Assembly: GCA_020632415.1 (NCBI GenBank)
Contig: JACKFO010000002.1
Coordinates: 228,605-292,604, forward strand
Length of the DNA stretch: 64,000 nucleotides
DNA from: Candidatus Nomurabacteria bacterium
GTDB taxonomy: Bacteria; Patescibacteriota; Patescibacteriia; UBA1558; GWA2-36-10
Reading direction: 5' to 3'
The stretch's first letter is position 1; each line of letters starts with the position of its first letter. Positions 8,632 to 17,406 of the stretch are shown piece after piece. A program made the translations under genes and the position numbers. The notes under the pieces are model-generated. The model saw only the letters and a list, made by a program, of their open reading frames with translations, ran no database searches and had not been told where the DNA came from.

Positions 8632-10125
8632 ATGAATAATGATCATCAGGCAGAAATCAATATCAATGATGAATATCAACAAAGATTGTTGAAATTGGCT
8701 CGTTTGAGAGAAAATAAGCTTAATCCTTACCCTTCTCAGAGCTCAAAAAAGGCTCAAATTAGCGATTTTTTGACTGACTTCGAGTCTTTGGCTGAAAACA
8801 AGAAAAAAGTGGTTTTAGCCGGCCGTATTCGTAGCTTGCGTTTGCAAGGCGGTTCAGCTTTTTTGCATTTTGAAGATGAGAGTGGCAAGGTTCAAGCTTT
8901 TGTCCGTAAAGACAATCTTGGCGATGAAAATTATCAAGAGTTTAAAGATAATTATGATCTTGGAGATTTTGTTGAAATTACGGGGACAGCTTTTGAAACC
9001 AAAACCAAAGAACCAACAGTTTTAGCCGAAAGCGTCAAAATATTAAGCAAAACTTTATTGCCTTTACCGGACAAACATGCAGGCTTAAAAGACCCTGATT
9101 TAAGATTTAGAAAGAGATATTTAGACTTGCTAGCAAATTCTGAGGTCAAAGATGTTTTTAAATTACGTACAGCAATTATCAAAAATATCAGAGAATATTT
9201 TGATCAAGTTGGTTTTGTGGAAGTAGACACGCCAATTTTACAGACTGTTGCTGGCGGTGCAACGGCTGCCCCATTTATTACTCACCACAAAGCTTTGGAT
9301 ATTGATTTGTATTTACGAGTTGCTCCAGAACTTTATCTCAAAAGATTGATCATCGGTGGCTACGAACAAGTTTATGAAATTGCTCGTTGTTTTAGAAATG
9401 AAGGCATTGATCATCAGCATAATCCTGAGTTTACCCAAATTGAATTTTACTGGGCCTATAAAGATTATTTATTTTTAATGGACTTTATTGAAAAGTTTTT
9501 TGAACAATTAGTCAAAAAAGTAAACGGCGGAAGTTTGAAGGTAAAAAATGGTGATGACGTCATCGATTTTACTACTCCTTATCCACGCGTAGATTTTAAA
9601 GAAGCTTTAGATAAAGCCTTAAAGATTGATATTGATCAGACTTCTGATCAGGAGCTTGGTAAAATTGCTAAAGATGCTAAATTGCCAGTTGATAAGTCTT
9701 GGGGCCGTGGAAAATTATTGGATGAATTGTACAAAAAATTTGTCCGAGCCAAAATGATTCAGCCACATTTTATTATTAATCATCCTTTGGAGCTGTCACC
9801 TTTGGCCAAAAAAATAGTTGACCGACCAAATTACGTTGAGAGATTTCAATTGGTTGTAAAAACAGCAGAGGTTTGTAATGCCTTTTCAGAATTAAATGAC
9901 CCGATTGATCAAGAAGAAAGATTTAAAGAACAACAAAGATTAAAAGATGGCGGTGATGATGAGGCTCAGGGTGCAGATGCTGATTTCGTGGAAGCCTTGA
10001 AACACGGCATGCCTCCAACAGCAGGTTTGGGCATGGGCATTGATCGTTTAGTAATGTTGCTTGGTAATGTAGAAAATATCAAAGAAGTTATTTTCTTTCC
10101 TACGATGCGACCAAAAGAAAAATAA
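8632..10125 (+). CDS. lysS: Lysine--tRNA ligase, class II
   Basis: 497 aa; N-terminal OB-fold anticodon-binding region plus class II core ([20 protein letters not shown]). Confidence 0.9.
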   Translation: MNNDHQAEININDEYQQRLLKLARLRENKLNPYPSQSSKKAQISDFLTDFESLAENKKKVVLAGRIRSLRLQGGSAFLHFEDESGKVQAFVRKDNLGDENYQEFKDNYDLGDFVEITGTAFETKTKEPTVLAESVKILSKTLLPLPDKHAGLKDPDLRFRKRYLDLLANSEVKDVFKLRTAIIKNIREYFDQVGFVEVDTPILQTVAGGATAAPFITHHKALDIDLYLRVAPELYLKRLIIGGYEQVYEIARCFRNEGIDHQHNPEFTQIEFYWAYKDYLFLMDFIEKFFEQLVKKVNGGSLKVKNGDDVIDFTTPYPRVDFKEALDKALKIDIDQTSDQELGKIAKDAKLPVDKSWGRGKLLDELYKKFVRAKMIQPHFIINHPLELSPLAKKIVDRPNYVERFQLVVKTAEVCNAFSELNDPIDQEERFKEQQRLKDGGDDEAQGADADFVEALKHGMPPTAGLGMGIDRLVMLLGNVENIKEVIFFPTMRPKEK

Positions 10126-10126
10126 A

Positions 10127-10918
10127 ATGAAAAAAATATTTTTAATTTTAGCTTTAGTGATTTTGTTTACAGGTTGTAGCAAAGTAGAGGAGAGCGCAGA
10201 AAAAACAAATCTTGAATGTCAGTCTTTTGACAACATTGATTCTTGTTTGACAAATGATTGTACAGTCTGTCCACCGAGCATGGAAGCGAGTTCGCTTTCT
10301 TGTCAGACAGCAGAATATTGTCAGGAGCAAGGTTTTAACAAAGATTGGTGGCCAAATATGCAACGACAAATCGAGGAAATAAATAGTCAAAATAATAATT
10401 ATCAAGAAAATATATTAACTGAAGGAGAAATTATGTACGGAACTATTCAAACTACAAAAGGAGAGATTAAAATAGAACTTTATGGTGACAAGGTGCCAAA
10501 TACAGTGGCCAACTTTGTAAAGTTAGCCAATGAAGGGTTTTACAATGGCATTTATTTTCATCGTGTTATTCCGGATTTTATGATTCAAACTGGAGATCCG
10601 CAAGCCAAAGGTACTCCTGGTGTTGATTTTGCTTACGAACCAAATGAGCAAAATTTGCCAATCGCCGGCACCGGTGGACCAGGTTATAAATTTGCCGATG
10701 AATTTAGTCCAGATTTAAGACATGACAAAGCAGGTGTGCTTTCTATGGCCAACTCCGGAGCAAATACCAATGGCTCGCAATTTTTTATTACTCACGTCGC
10801 GACTCCTTGGCTAGATGATGTTCATTCTGTTTTTGGTCAAGTGACCGCAGGGCAAGATGTAGTAAATAACATTGTTCAAGGCGATAAAATTATTTCAATT
10901 GTTATTGATCAAAAATAA
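10127..10918 (+). CDS. Peptidyl-prolyl cis-trans isomerase, cyclophilin type, lipoprotein with Cys-rich N-terminal module
   Basis: 263 aa; lipobox LFTGC; 8 Cys in residues 30-70; cyclophilin motifs [22 protein letters not shown]. Confidence 0.8.
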   Translation: MKKIFLILALVILFTGCSKVEESAEKTNLECQSFDNIDSCLTNDCTVCPPSMEASSLSCQTAEYCQEQGFNKDWWPNMQRQIEEINSQNNNYQENILTEGEIMYGTIQTTKGEIKIELYGDKVPNTVANFVKLANEGFYNGIYFHRVIPDFMIQTGDPQAKGTPGVDFAYEPNEQNLPIAGTGGPGYKFADEFSPDLRHDKAGVLSMANSGANTNGSQFFITHVATPWLDDVHSVFGQVTAGQDVVNNIVQGDKIISIVIDQK

Positions 10919-10922
10919 TAAT

Positions 10923-12167
10923 ATGTTAGACATTAAATTCATCAAGGAAAATAAAGATCTAGTACAAAAAAATAATCAAAGCAGAGGAGTAAAAGTTGAT
11001 ATTGATCAGCTACTTGATGTTTATGAAGAGCGTAATGTTTTGTTAAAAAAAGTTGAAGAAAAAAGATCTTTACGTAAACAAGAGTCAAAGACCAAACCAA
11101 GTCCGGAGATAATTGCTAAAATGAAAATGCTTGGTGAAGAACTAAAAACAATCGAAGAAGAACTCAAAGACAAAGAGCAAGAGTTAAATTTATTGTTATG
11201 GCAAATACCAAATATTAATATGCCGGATGTGCCGCTTGGCGGAGAAGAAAATACTAAGGTTGAAAAAACAATTGGCAAGATTCCAAGTTTTGATTTTCCA
11301 GTGCAACACCATGCTGATTTGGGGCAAAATTTAGATTTGATTGATTTAGAACAGGGCGCAGTTGTTTCAGGTGCTCGTTTTTGGTATTTAAAAAATGAAT
11401 TGGTAGAATTACAATTTGCTTTGATGCAATTTGTTTGGTCTAAGTTAATTAAAAAAGGATTCAAACCTTTAGCTGTTCCGCATTTGGTTAAAGAAGAGGC
11501 AATGTTTGGTACTGGTTTTTTTCCAGCTGAAAAAAATGAAATTTACAACGTCAACCAGGAAGAAGATAATTTGTATTTGATTGGAACAGCTGAAGTGCCA
11601 CTAATTAGTTTTCATGCTGGCCAAACTTTAGATTTGAAAGAAGCAAAAAAGTATTTTGCTTTTACTCCGGCTTATCGTCGTGAAGCAGGGTCTTATGGTA
11701 AAGATACCAAAGGAATTTTGCGTGGTCACCAATTTGATAAAATTGAAATGGTCATTTTTTGTCGCCCGGAAGAATCACAAAAATATCATCAAGAAATTTT
11801 AAGCATTGAAGAAGAAATTTGGCAGGAATTAAAAATTCCTTATCAAGTGGTCAATATTGCTAGTGGTGATTTGGGTGCGCCGGCGGCTAAAAAATACGAC
11901 ATCGAAGCTTGGCTGCCAGCTCAAAATACTTATCGAGAAGTGACTTCTTGTTCAAATACAACAGATTTTCAGAGTCGTCGTTTGCAGATCAAATATGAGC
12001 AAGATAATAAAAAAGAATTGGTTCACACCTTAAACGGCACTGGCATGGCTTTTGGCCGAGCTTTGATTGCTGTAATGGAAAATTATCAAAATGCCAAAGG
12101 TGAAATTGAAGTACCGAAGGTTTTACAAAAGTATTTGTCATTCAAAAAAATCAAGAAAGAAAAATAA
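10923..12167 (+). CDS. serS: Serine--tRNA ligase
   Basis: Start chosen at MLDIKFIKENKD (ORF-track start 10872 would overlap the cyclophilin gene by 47 nt); coiled-coil N-arm; class II motifs FRREAGSYGKDTKGILRGHQF, GTAEVPL. Confidence 0.85.
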   Translation: MLDIKFIKENKDLVQKNNQSRGVKVDIDQLLDVYEERNVLLKKVEEKRSLRKQESKTKPSPEIIAKMKMLGEELKTIEEELKDKEQELNLLLWQIPNINMPDVPLGGEENTKVEKTIGKIPSFDFPVQHHADLGQNLDLIDLEQGAVVSGARFWYLKNELVELQFALMQFVWSKLIKKGFKPLAVPHLVKEEAMFGTGFFPAEKNEIYNVNQEEDNLYLIGTAEVPLISFHAGQTLDLKEAKKYFAFTPAYRREAGSYGKDTKGILRGHQFDKIEMVIFCRPEESQKYHQEILSIEEEIWQELKIPYQVVNIASGDLGAPAAKKYDIEAWLPAQNTYREVTSCSNTTDFQSRRLQIKYEQDNKKELVHTLNGTGMAFGRALIAVMENYQNAKGEIEVPKVLQKYLSFKKIKKEK

Positions 12168-13285
12168 TGCCTTTAACTTGGTTAGAGATTAATCAAAAAA
12201 ATTTAGTTCACAATATCAGAGAGTTTCAAAAAATTGCTCCAAATAGTCAGATTTGGCCAGTGATCAAAAGTAATGCCTATGGTCACGGCCTAAAAGAAAT
12301 AGCCTCTATTTTAGACAAAGAGGATTTGGTCAAAGGAATGATGGTTGTCAGTCTTGATGAAGCGATCGAACTAAATCAACTAACTCAAAAACAAATTATG
12401 GTTTTGAGTTATTTTGACTACGATGATAACGAGCGACAATTGAAAATAGCAGCTGAACAAAAAATTTCTTTACCGATTTATGATTTAGAAACTGCAGCTT
12501 ATTTAGATCATCTAGCGCAAAAATTAAAACTTAAGTTTTTGATCAACATCAAAATTGACACCGGAACTTCTCGTTTAGGCTTTGTTTTAAGCGAGGCAGA
12601 AGTAGCAATTGAGCGAATTAAAAAATATCAAAATTTAGAAATTAATAGCTTTTATACTCATTTTGCTGAAAGTGAAGCAGAGGAACAGGCTTTTACCACT
12701 TCCCAACTGGAGGCTTTTTCTAAAATAGCCACTAAATATCCAAACGTTTTAAAACACGCTGCTTGTTCTGCTGCTACCTTGAGTCAAAAAGAAGCACAAC
12801 AAGACATTATTCGCCTTGGTTTATCTCTTTATGGTCTACATCCTAGTGAGGCTAGTAAACTGCGCGCTTGGCGCAATCAAATGTGCTTACAGCCGGTATT
12901 AACTTGGAAAACAAAAATTATTCAAATCAAAGAAGTAAAAGCCGGCACAACGGTTGGCTATAATCGGACTTATACTTGTCCTCAAGATTGTAAATTGGCT
13001 ATTTTGCCCATTGGTTATAACGAAGGTTATGATCGTAGTAATTCTAACCAAGCAGAAGTTTTGATTGCTGGCGTAAGATATAAAGTCAGAGGAAATATTT
13101 GTATGAATTTAAGCATCGTTGAATTGCCTCTAGATAGTGAATTCAAGAGAGGAGAGGAAGTAGTTTTATTAGGTAAATCTGGTGGACAATATTTAGCGGC
13201 AGAAGAATTAGCCACTTGGGCTCAGACTATTAATTATGAGATTGTGACCAGGATTAACAGTCAAATACCAAGACTGATTATCTAA
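12167..13285 (+). CDS. alr: Alanine racemase
   Basis: 372 aa; PLP-lysine motif VIKSNAYGHG, typical N-terminal barrel plus C-terminal beta domain. Confidence 0.8.
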   Translation: MPLTWLEINQKNLVHNIREFQKIAPNSQIWPVIKSNAYGHGLKEIASILDKEDLVKGMMVVSLDEAIELNQLTQKQIMVLSYFDYDDNERQLKIAAEQKISLPIYDLETAAYLDHLAQKLKLKFLINIKIDTGTSRLGFVLSEAEVAIERIKKYQNLEINSFYTHFAESEAEEQAFTTSQLEAFSKIATKYPNVLKHAACSAATLSQKEAQQDIIRLGLSLYGLHPSEASKLRAWRNQMCLQPVLTWKTKIIQIKEVKAGTTVGYNRTYTCPQDCKLAILPIGYNEGYDRSNSNQAEVLIAGVRYKVRGNICMNLSIVELPLDSEFKRGEEVVLLGKSGGQYLAAEELATWAQTINYEIVTRINSQIPRLII

Positions 13286-13341
13286 ATAATATTAAACGAC
13301 ACAAAAAAGGACCTTAAGCTCAAAGAGAGGAATCAAGAGAA

Positions 13342-14166
13342 ATGAGAATTCAAAGCAGAAAAACTTGGCAACAGCATCTTCCGAATCGGACACGAAAAGT
13401 GTCTAAGAATTATTATTACAAAAAAGGTATTAATAAAAAAAATTTAATTAAAAAAATTGTTTTGGTTATTTTATTTTTATTATTAGTACAATCATTATTT
13501 CAATTACCATTTTTAAGAATAAATAAATTTGTTTTGTCTAACAATCAAGATTTAAAACAAGAAGATTTACAGAGTTTAGTTAGTCAGTACTTAGAACAAG
13601 ATAAGTATTTGTTATTTAAAAATAATAATTACTTTTTATTTGATCAAAGTGATTTAAAACAAGATTTATTAAATACTTACAATCTAGATAGCGTCAGTAT
13701 CCAAAAAAAGTTTCCGCAGACAATAGAAATCAAGGTCACGGAAAAGATTTCTCAGTTTATTTTACAAAAAGATGATGCATTATACCTCTTAAGTTCCAAA
13801 GGGGCCTTAAATCGCCAAATAAACGCTCTTGATGAAAAATACCTTATTTTACAGGACTTTCGTAGCGATTCTTTGAATCTAGAACAAATTTTGAATGAAG
13901 ATGAGCTAGAATTAATCAACTTTTTTTATAAATCTTGGCAAGAAACATTTGGGCAAAGTCCTAAATTAAAAACAATATTTTTAACAGATAGTTTAGATAC
14001 TTTATTAGAAGCTCAAACTGATATTGGTTATACAGTAAAATTAGATCCAGAGAAAAATATTATTGAACAGTTAAATAATTTAAAAAAAGTATTAGCTGGA
14101 AATATTATTGGAATTGATATTGATTATATTGATTTACGTTTTGGTGAAAGAGTATTCTTTAAGTAG
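13342..14166 (+). CDS. Cell division protein FtsQ/DivIB-like (single TM plus POTRA)
   Basis: 274 aa; basic N-terminus, one TM helix, POTRA-like pattern (FPQTIEIKVTEK...); next to alr. Confidence 0.55.
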   Translation: MRIQSRKTWQQHLPNRTRKVSKNYYYKKGINKKNLIKKIVLVILFLLLVQSLFQLPFLRINKFVLSNNQDLKQEDLQSLVSQYLEQDKYLLFKNNNYFLFDQSDLKQDLLNTYNLDSVSIQKKFPQTIEIKVTEKISQFILQKDDALYLLSSKGALNRQINALDEKYLILQDFRSDSLNLEQILNEDELELINFFYKSWQETFGQSPKLKTIFLTDSLDTLLEAQTDIGYTVKLDPEKNIIEQLNNLKKVLAGNIIGIDIDYIDLRFGERVFFK

Positions 14167-14183
14167 TTAATAGAGTTGATGAG

Positions 14184-14216
14184 AACGGTAATTGTTCAAA
14201 AATACCGTTTTTATTA
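14184..14216 (+). terminator. Rho-independent terminator after ftsQ-like gene
   Basis: AACGGTA-attgttcaaaaa-TACCGTT followed by TTTTTATT. Confidence 0.6.
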
Positions 14217-14226
14217 ATTATAAATG

Positions 14227-14256
14227 AATTGAGTATAATAACCCTTACACTCAATT
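14227..14256. other. Candidate Xer recombination (dif-like) site: 11-8-11 imperfect palindrome
   Basis: AATTGAGTATA-ATAACCCT-TACACTCAATT; arms match 10/11 as inverted repeats; directly upstream of the only tyrosine recombinase in the window. Confidence 0.4.
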
Positions 14257-14284
14257 TGACAATGCTCAAAAATCTGTCTATACT
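14256..14284 (+). promoter_or_regulatory. Sigma-70-type promoter for the Xer recombinase gene (TTGACA-17-TATACT)
   Basis: Consensus -35 TTGACA (14256-14261), 17-nt spacer, -10 TATACT (14279-14284); -35 abuts the right arm of the palindrome. Confidence 0.6.
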
Positions 14285-14310
14285 TAAAGTATTAAAATAA
14301 AGATGCAAAT

Positions 14311-15255
14311 ATGGCAAAATACACCCTTCCTCTCTTGGATGAGTTTTTAGAGAATATTCAGTCCAATAATTACTCCCCGGAGACAGTTTATAATTATGAA
14401 AGAGATTTAAATATTTTTGAAATATTTTTAAACGAGGATCTTCAGATTCCTTTTAAGGATTTAAGTAAAAGGACAATTATTAAATTCAAGGCCTACCTCT
14501 CCTCTACTTCTCGTCTAACACCAGCTCATGAGCTAGGTGAAAAACAATTAGTTAGTTTTAGTATTAATAGAATTTTATCAGCCTTGAGATCTTATTTAAA
14601 ATTTTTAGGAGAAATAGATTATAAAACTCCGGTGACTGCTGACGCTGTCAAACTTTTGAAAACTGAAAAAAAACATGCTCAAGTAGCAGAGATGAATGAA
14701 TTGATTGCAATTATTGAGGCGCCAAATAAGTTTGAAAAAGAAATAAATATTAAGCTACGTAATCGAGCAATGCTGGAAACCCTTTTTGCTACTGGCATGC
14801 GTATTTCAGAATTATTATCTTTGAAGCGCGAGCAATTAGATAACACTGGAAGAATTTATATTATGGGAAAAGGTAAAAAACAACGCTTTGTTTATTTGAC
14901 ACCCCGAGCTATTGAGCATTTACGTCTTTATCTAAAAACTAGAACTGACGAGTCTATGTATATGTTTATTCCTTATCGTGGTCGTAATAATCAAAGCAAA
15001 CACAAGAAAATTTCTAATAATTATCTTCAGTATAAATTAAAAAGATATCGTGAGTTATTAGGAATTAATATTCCTATTTCTCCTCATTCGCTTCGTCATG
15101 GCTTTGCGACCTATTTAGCTGAAAATGGGGCTAATCCGGCGGCAATTCAAATTCTTTTAGGACATGAGTCTTTGGATACTACGACACGCTATGTGCATGC
15201 TTCTGATAAATACGCTGAAAAAATGCATACTCAATTTCATCCTCTAAAAAAATAA
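14311..15255 (+). CDS. Tyrosine site-specific recombinase, XerC/XerD family (single Xer, XerS/XerH-like arrangement)
   Basis: 314 aa; C-terminal catalytic signature HSLRHGFATYLAENGANPAAIQILLGHESLDTTTRYVH (R..HxxR..Y). Confidence 0.85.
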   Translation: MAKYTLPLLDEFLENIQSNNYSPETVYNYERDLNIFEIFLNEDLQIPFKDLSKRTIIKFKAYLSSTSRLTPAHELGEKQLVSFSINRILSALRSYLKFLGEIDYKTPVTADAVKLLKTEKKHAQVAEMNELIAIIEAPNKFEKEINIKLRNRAMLETLFATGMRISELLSLKREQLDNTGRIYIMGKGKKQRFVYLTPRAIEHLRLYLKTRTDESMYMFIPYRGRNNQSKHKKISNNYLQYKLKRYRELLGINIPISPHSLRHGFATYLAENGANPAAIQILLGHESLDTTTRYVHASDKYAEKMHTQFHPLKK

Positions 15256-15278
15256 AGTCCCGAGCAACAGCACGGGAC
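15246..15278 (-). terminator. Rho-independent terminator (minus strand) for the small ORF
   Basis: Minus-strand reading: AGTCCCG-tgctgttgct-CGGGACT then TTTATTTTTTT. Confidence 0.6.
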
Positions 15279-15311
15279 TCGATGGTGTGAATGTCTAGCC
15301 AGACATCTTGC

Positions 15312-15458
15312 TCAGTGTGGCAGGAAACTGGCTACAAAGAGGCCGGCGAAAATGACCAGGATCAGTAGAACCAGTGTAGCTGGCCACTCAAAGCGTCTGA
15401 TTCGTTGGTCTTGATAGCCATTCAAGGCATTTTGCTTTTGTTGTTTGCGACTACTCAT
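15312..15458 (-). CDS. Small membrane protein (48 aa), in a GC-rich islet with own promoter, SD and terminator
   Basis: MSSRKQQKQNALNGYQDQRIRRFEWPATLVLLILVIFAGLFVASFLPH; strong SD AGGAGGAAA 6 nt upstream of ATG; basic N-terminus plus one TM helix; too short for the ORF track. Confidence 0.4.
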   Translation of the reverse strand: MSSRKQQKQNALNGYQDQRIRRFEWPATLVLLILVIFAGLFVASFLPH

Positions 15459-15500
15459 TGTCAGTTTCCTCCTCTAGTGGGTGAAGATCAGAATGGATTT

Positions 15501-15529
15501 ATTTTAAGCTTTTGTTGCTATTTTGTCAA
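15501..15529 (-). promoter_or_regulatory. Sigma-70-type promoter (minus strand) for the small ORF: TTGACA-16-TTAAAAT
   Basis: Minus-strand reading: attTTGACAaaatagcaacaaaagcTTAAAATaaatcc. Confidence 0.4.
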
Positions 15530-15533
15530 AATT

Positions 15534-17405
15534 TTATTTGGTAGTTAATAAAATTTTACCAGCCCTCACTTGCTCACTTATTTCTGAGTCAAGATTTGAC
15601 CAGCTAATTAGATTTTCTAAAAATATTTTTTTCTCATCAGATTTCATTAGTGATAACTGAACTTTTTCAGAGCTAATTGGAAATAAGTATATTTCTAATT
15701 GGCCTTCTCTTAGATGAATGCCTATAGACAGCTCTTGCTGTGTGTCTTGAGAAAAATATTGATCAAAAACAAAATTTCCTAGAGAATAAAATATTGGCTT
15801 ATTATTATAGATTTCTAGACCCTGAACAACGTGAGGATGGTGTCCGATCAGGATGTCCGCGCCAGCGTCAATGACTTGGTGTGCTAGATTTTTTTGTAAG
15901 TTATTTATCTGATGTTGATATTCGGTTCCCCAATGTATTTGAACGATTACTAGATCGTGTTCATTTTTAGCTTTTTCTATTTTTTTCAGAGCCTGTTCAA
16001 GATCAAATTGTCCATAAACCATACTAAATCCAAGTAAAGCAACTTTTTTGTCAGCAATATTTATTGTTGTAAGACTGCATTGATCAACGGCTCTATCAGT
16101 ACAACCAGAAAAATCTAAGTCAAGTTTTTTAAGATTCTGAGTAGTCTCTTCTAGTCCTCTAGCTCCTTGATCTCCGAGATGATTATTGGCTAGATTAAAA
16201 AAATTGAAAAAATATTTATTTTTTAATTCTGATAAATATTTTGGGTCAGCAGCAAAATCAATTGTAAGTTCCGGTGGATAATGATCGCCGTTGTTAGTCA
16301 AGGCGCTTTCTAGGTTAGCACTCACTAAGTCATTACCCATAAAAAACCGGTTTTCTCCACCAGCTAAATCATCAAAAACATAGCCAAGCCCATTGTTTTC
16401 AAGTTTATTTTTTACATCTCGATCTAGCATCAAGTCACCAAAAAAAAGCAAATTCATCCCATTTTTTTGAAGATTTTCTCCTTTGGAAAAATAATAAAAT
16501 AAATGACTAGTCCCCGCTTCTTCAGGCGTGTCTAATAAATCGCTAGAATTTGTATGAAAAACTAAGTCAGATTTTTTTGCTTCTATTTTTTCTAAGTAAC
16601 TTAAAATAGTATAAATTGAAGCTGGAGAATCTATTTCTAGCTTGTTTACTCGCTCTAGATCAAAATCTTCTATGACACTTTGGCTTAGCTGATCATGAAA
16701 ATCTGCAACGGATAAGGGTTGATAATGTGAAAAATCAACGCTAGCTAAAATCAAAGTTTTTTCCGGGTCAGTATTGTTTTTTAGATAGTCTACCAAGAGA
16801 TCCAAATCTTTTTTTGGTGTATTAGTTTTTAAGATAATTGGTAAGATTTTAGCTTCTGTTAAGCTGTTTTTAATGAAAGGTACCAAACCAGAAATAGAAT
16901 GTTCATTTAAAAATGGCCCTTCTTCAATGCTGATCTCTTTGTTTTGAGCAAGTTGTTTTCCAAGTTCTAAGTCAGGCAATAATTCTCCGTAAGGAGTTTG
17001 CCATTTATTTTGCGAAATAATGATGTTATTTGTCCCCGTCTGATAATGATTTGGTCCGATCAAAATTACTGTCTGATAATCTTTTTTGGCTAAACCCATA
17101 AACCAAGCGGCCACTTTGTCTTTGACGATTAAATGATGCGGAATAATTCCGCCATAAATTTTTTCATTTGCTATTTTTATGCTACTAGTGCCCGCAGTGT
17201 AAGCTTCATCATAAAATGATCTGTTCATATAATAAGAATCGTGACTCTTGAGTATTAATTCTTCGTTTTTTTTCTGCGGATTGGATATTTTTAGCGAGCC
17301 TAAAAGACTATTATTATTGTAATTTAAATAAACATAAATTAGTCCCACTTGTAAGATAAGCAGGACTAAAGTTAGAGTTATTATTTTATGATATTTTTTA
17401 AGCAT
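15534..17405 (-). CDS. Fusion protein: N-terminal MEMO1/AmmeMemoRadiSam-protein-B-like domain plus C-terminal CapA/PGA_cap metallophosphatase-like domain; N-terminal TM anchor
   Basis: 623 aa; Memo motifs GGIIPHHLI, IGPNHY, NEHSISG, SVDFSHY; CapA motifs LVIVQIHWGTEYQHQ, GADILIGHHPHVVQGLEIY, FYSLGNFVFDQ. Confidence 0.7.
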   Translation of the reverse strand: MLKKYHKIITLTLVLLILQVGLIYVYLNYNNNSLLGSLKISNPQKKNEELILKSHDSYYMNRSFYDEAYTAGTSSIKIANEKIYGGIIPHHLIVKDKVAAWFMGLAKKDYQTVILIGPNHYQTGTNNIIISQNKWQTPYGELLPDLELGKQLAQNKEISIEEGPFLNEHSISGLVPFIKNSLTEAKILPIILKTNTPKKDLDLLVDYLKNNTDPEKTLILASVDFSHYQPLSVADFHDQLSQSVIEDFDLERVNKLEIDSPASIYTILSYLEKIEAKKSDLVFHTNSSDLLDTPEEAGTSHLFYYFSKGENLQKNGMNLLFFGDLMLDRDVKNKLENNGLGYVFDDLAGGENRFFMGNDLVSANLESALTNNGDHYPPELTIDFAADPKYLSELKNKYFFNFFNLANNHLGDQGARGLEETTQNLKKLDLDFSGCTDRAVDQCSLTTINIADKKVALLGFSMVYGQFDLEQALKKIEKAKNEHDLVIVQIHWGTEYQHQINNLQKNLAHQVIDAGADILIGHHPHVVQGLEIYNNKPIFYSLGNFVFDQYFSQDTQQELSIGIHLREGQLEIYLFPISSEKVQLSLMKSDEKKIFLENLISWSNLDSEISEQVRAGKILLTTK

Positions 17406-17406
17406 T

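Noticed and set aside
10872-10922. Upstream start for serS giving a 47-nt overlap with the cyclophilin gene
   Set aside because: The conserved SerRS N-terminus begins at MLDIKFIKEN (10923). The extension [17 protein letters not shown] is hydrophobic junk and overlaps the upstream CDS.
14311-15255. Tyrosine recombinase as a phage or ICE integrase marking a mobile element
   Set aside because: No phage, conjugation or cargo genes flank it, and the flanks are housekeeping (alr, ftsQ-like). A dif-like palindrome sits immediately upstream, and it is the only recombinase. These points fit a chromosomal single-Xer dimer-resolution system better.
15246-15533. GC-rich islet as rRNA, tRNA, RNase P RNA, tmRNA or SRP RNA
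   Set aside because: The islet is too short for RNase P or tmRNA. No cloverleaf can be folded. The RNase P P4 consensus (AGGAAAGUCCGGGCUCC) is absent, as are tmRNA-like GGGG...CCA termini and the SRP domain-IV GGAA/AGCAGC motif. The well-positioned promoter, SD and ORF favour a small gene, but a riboregulator is not excluded.
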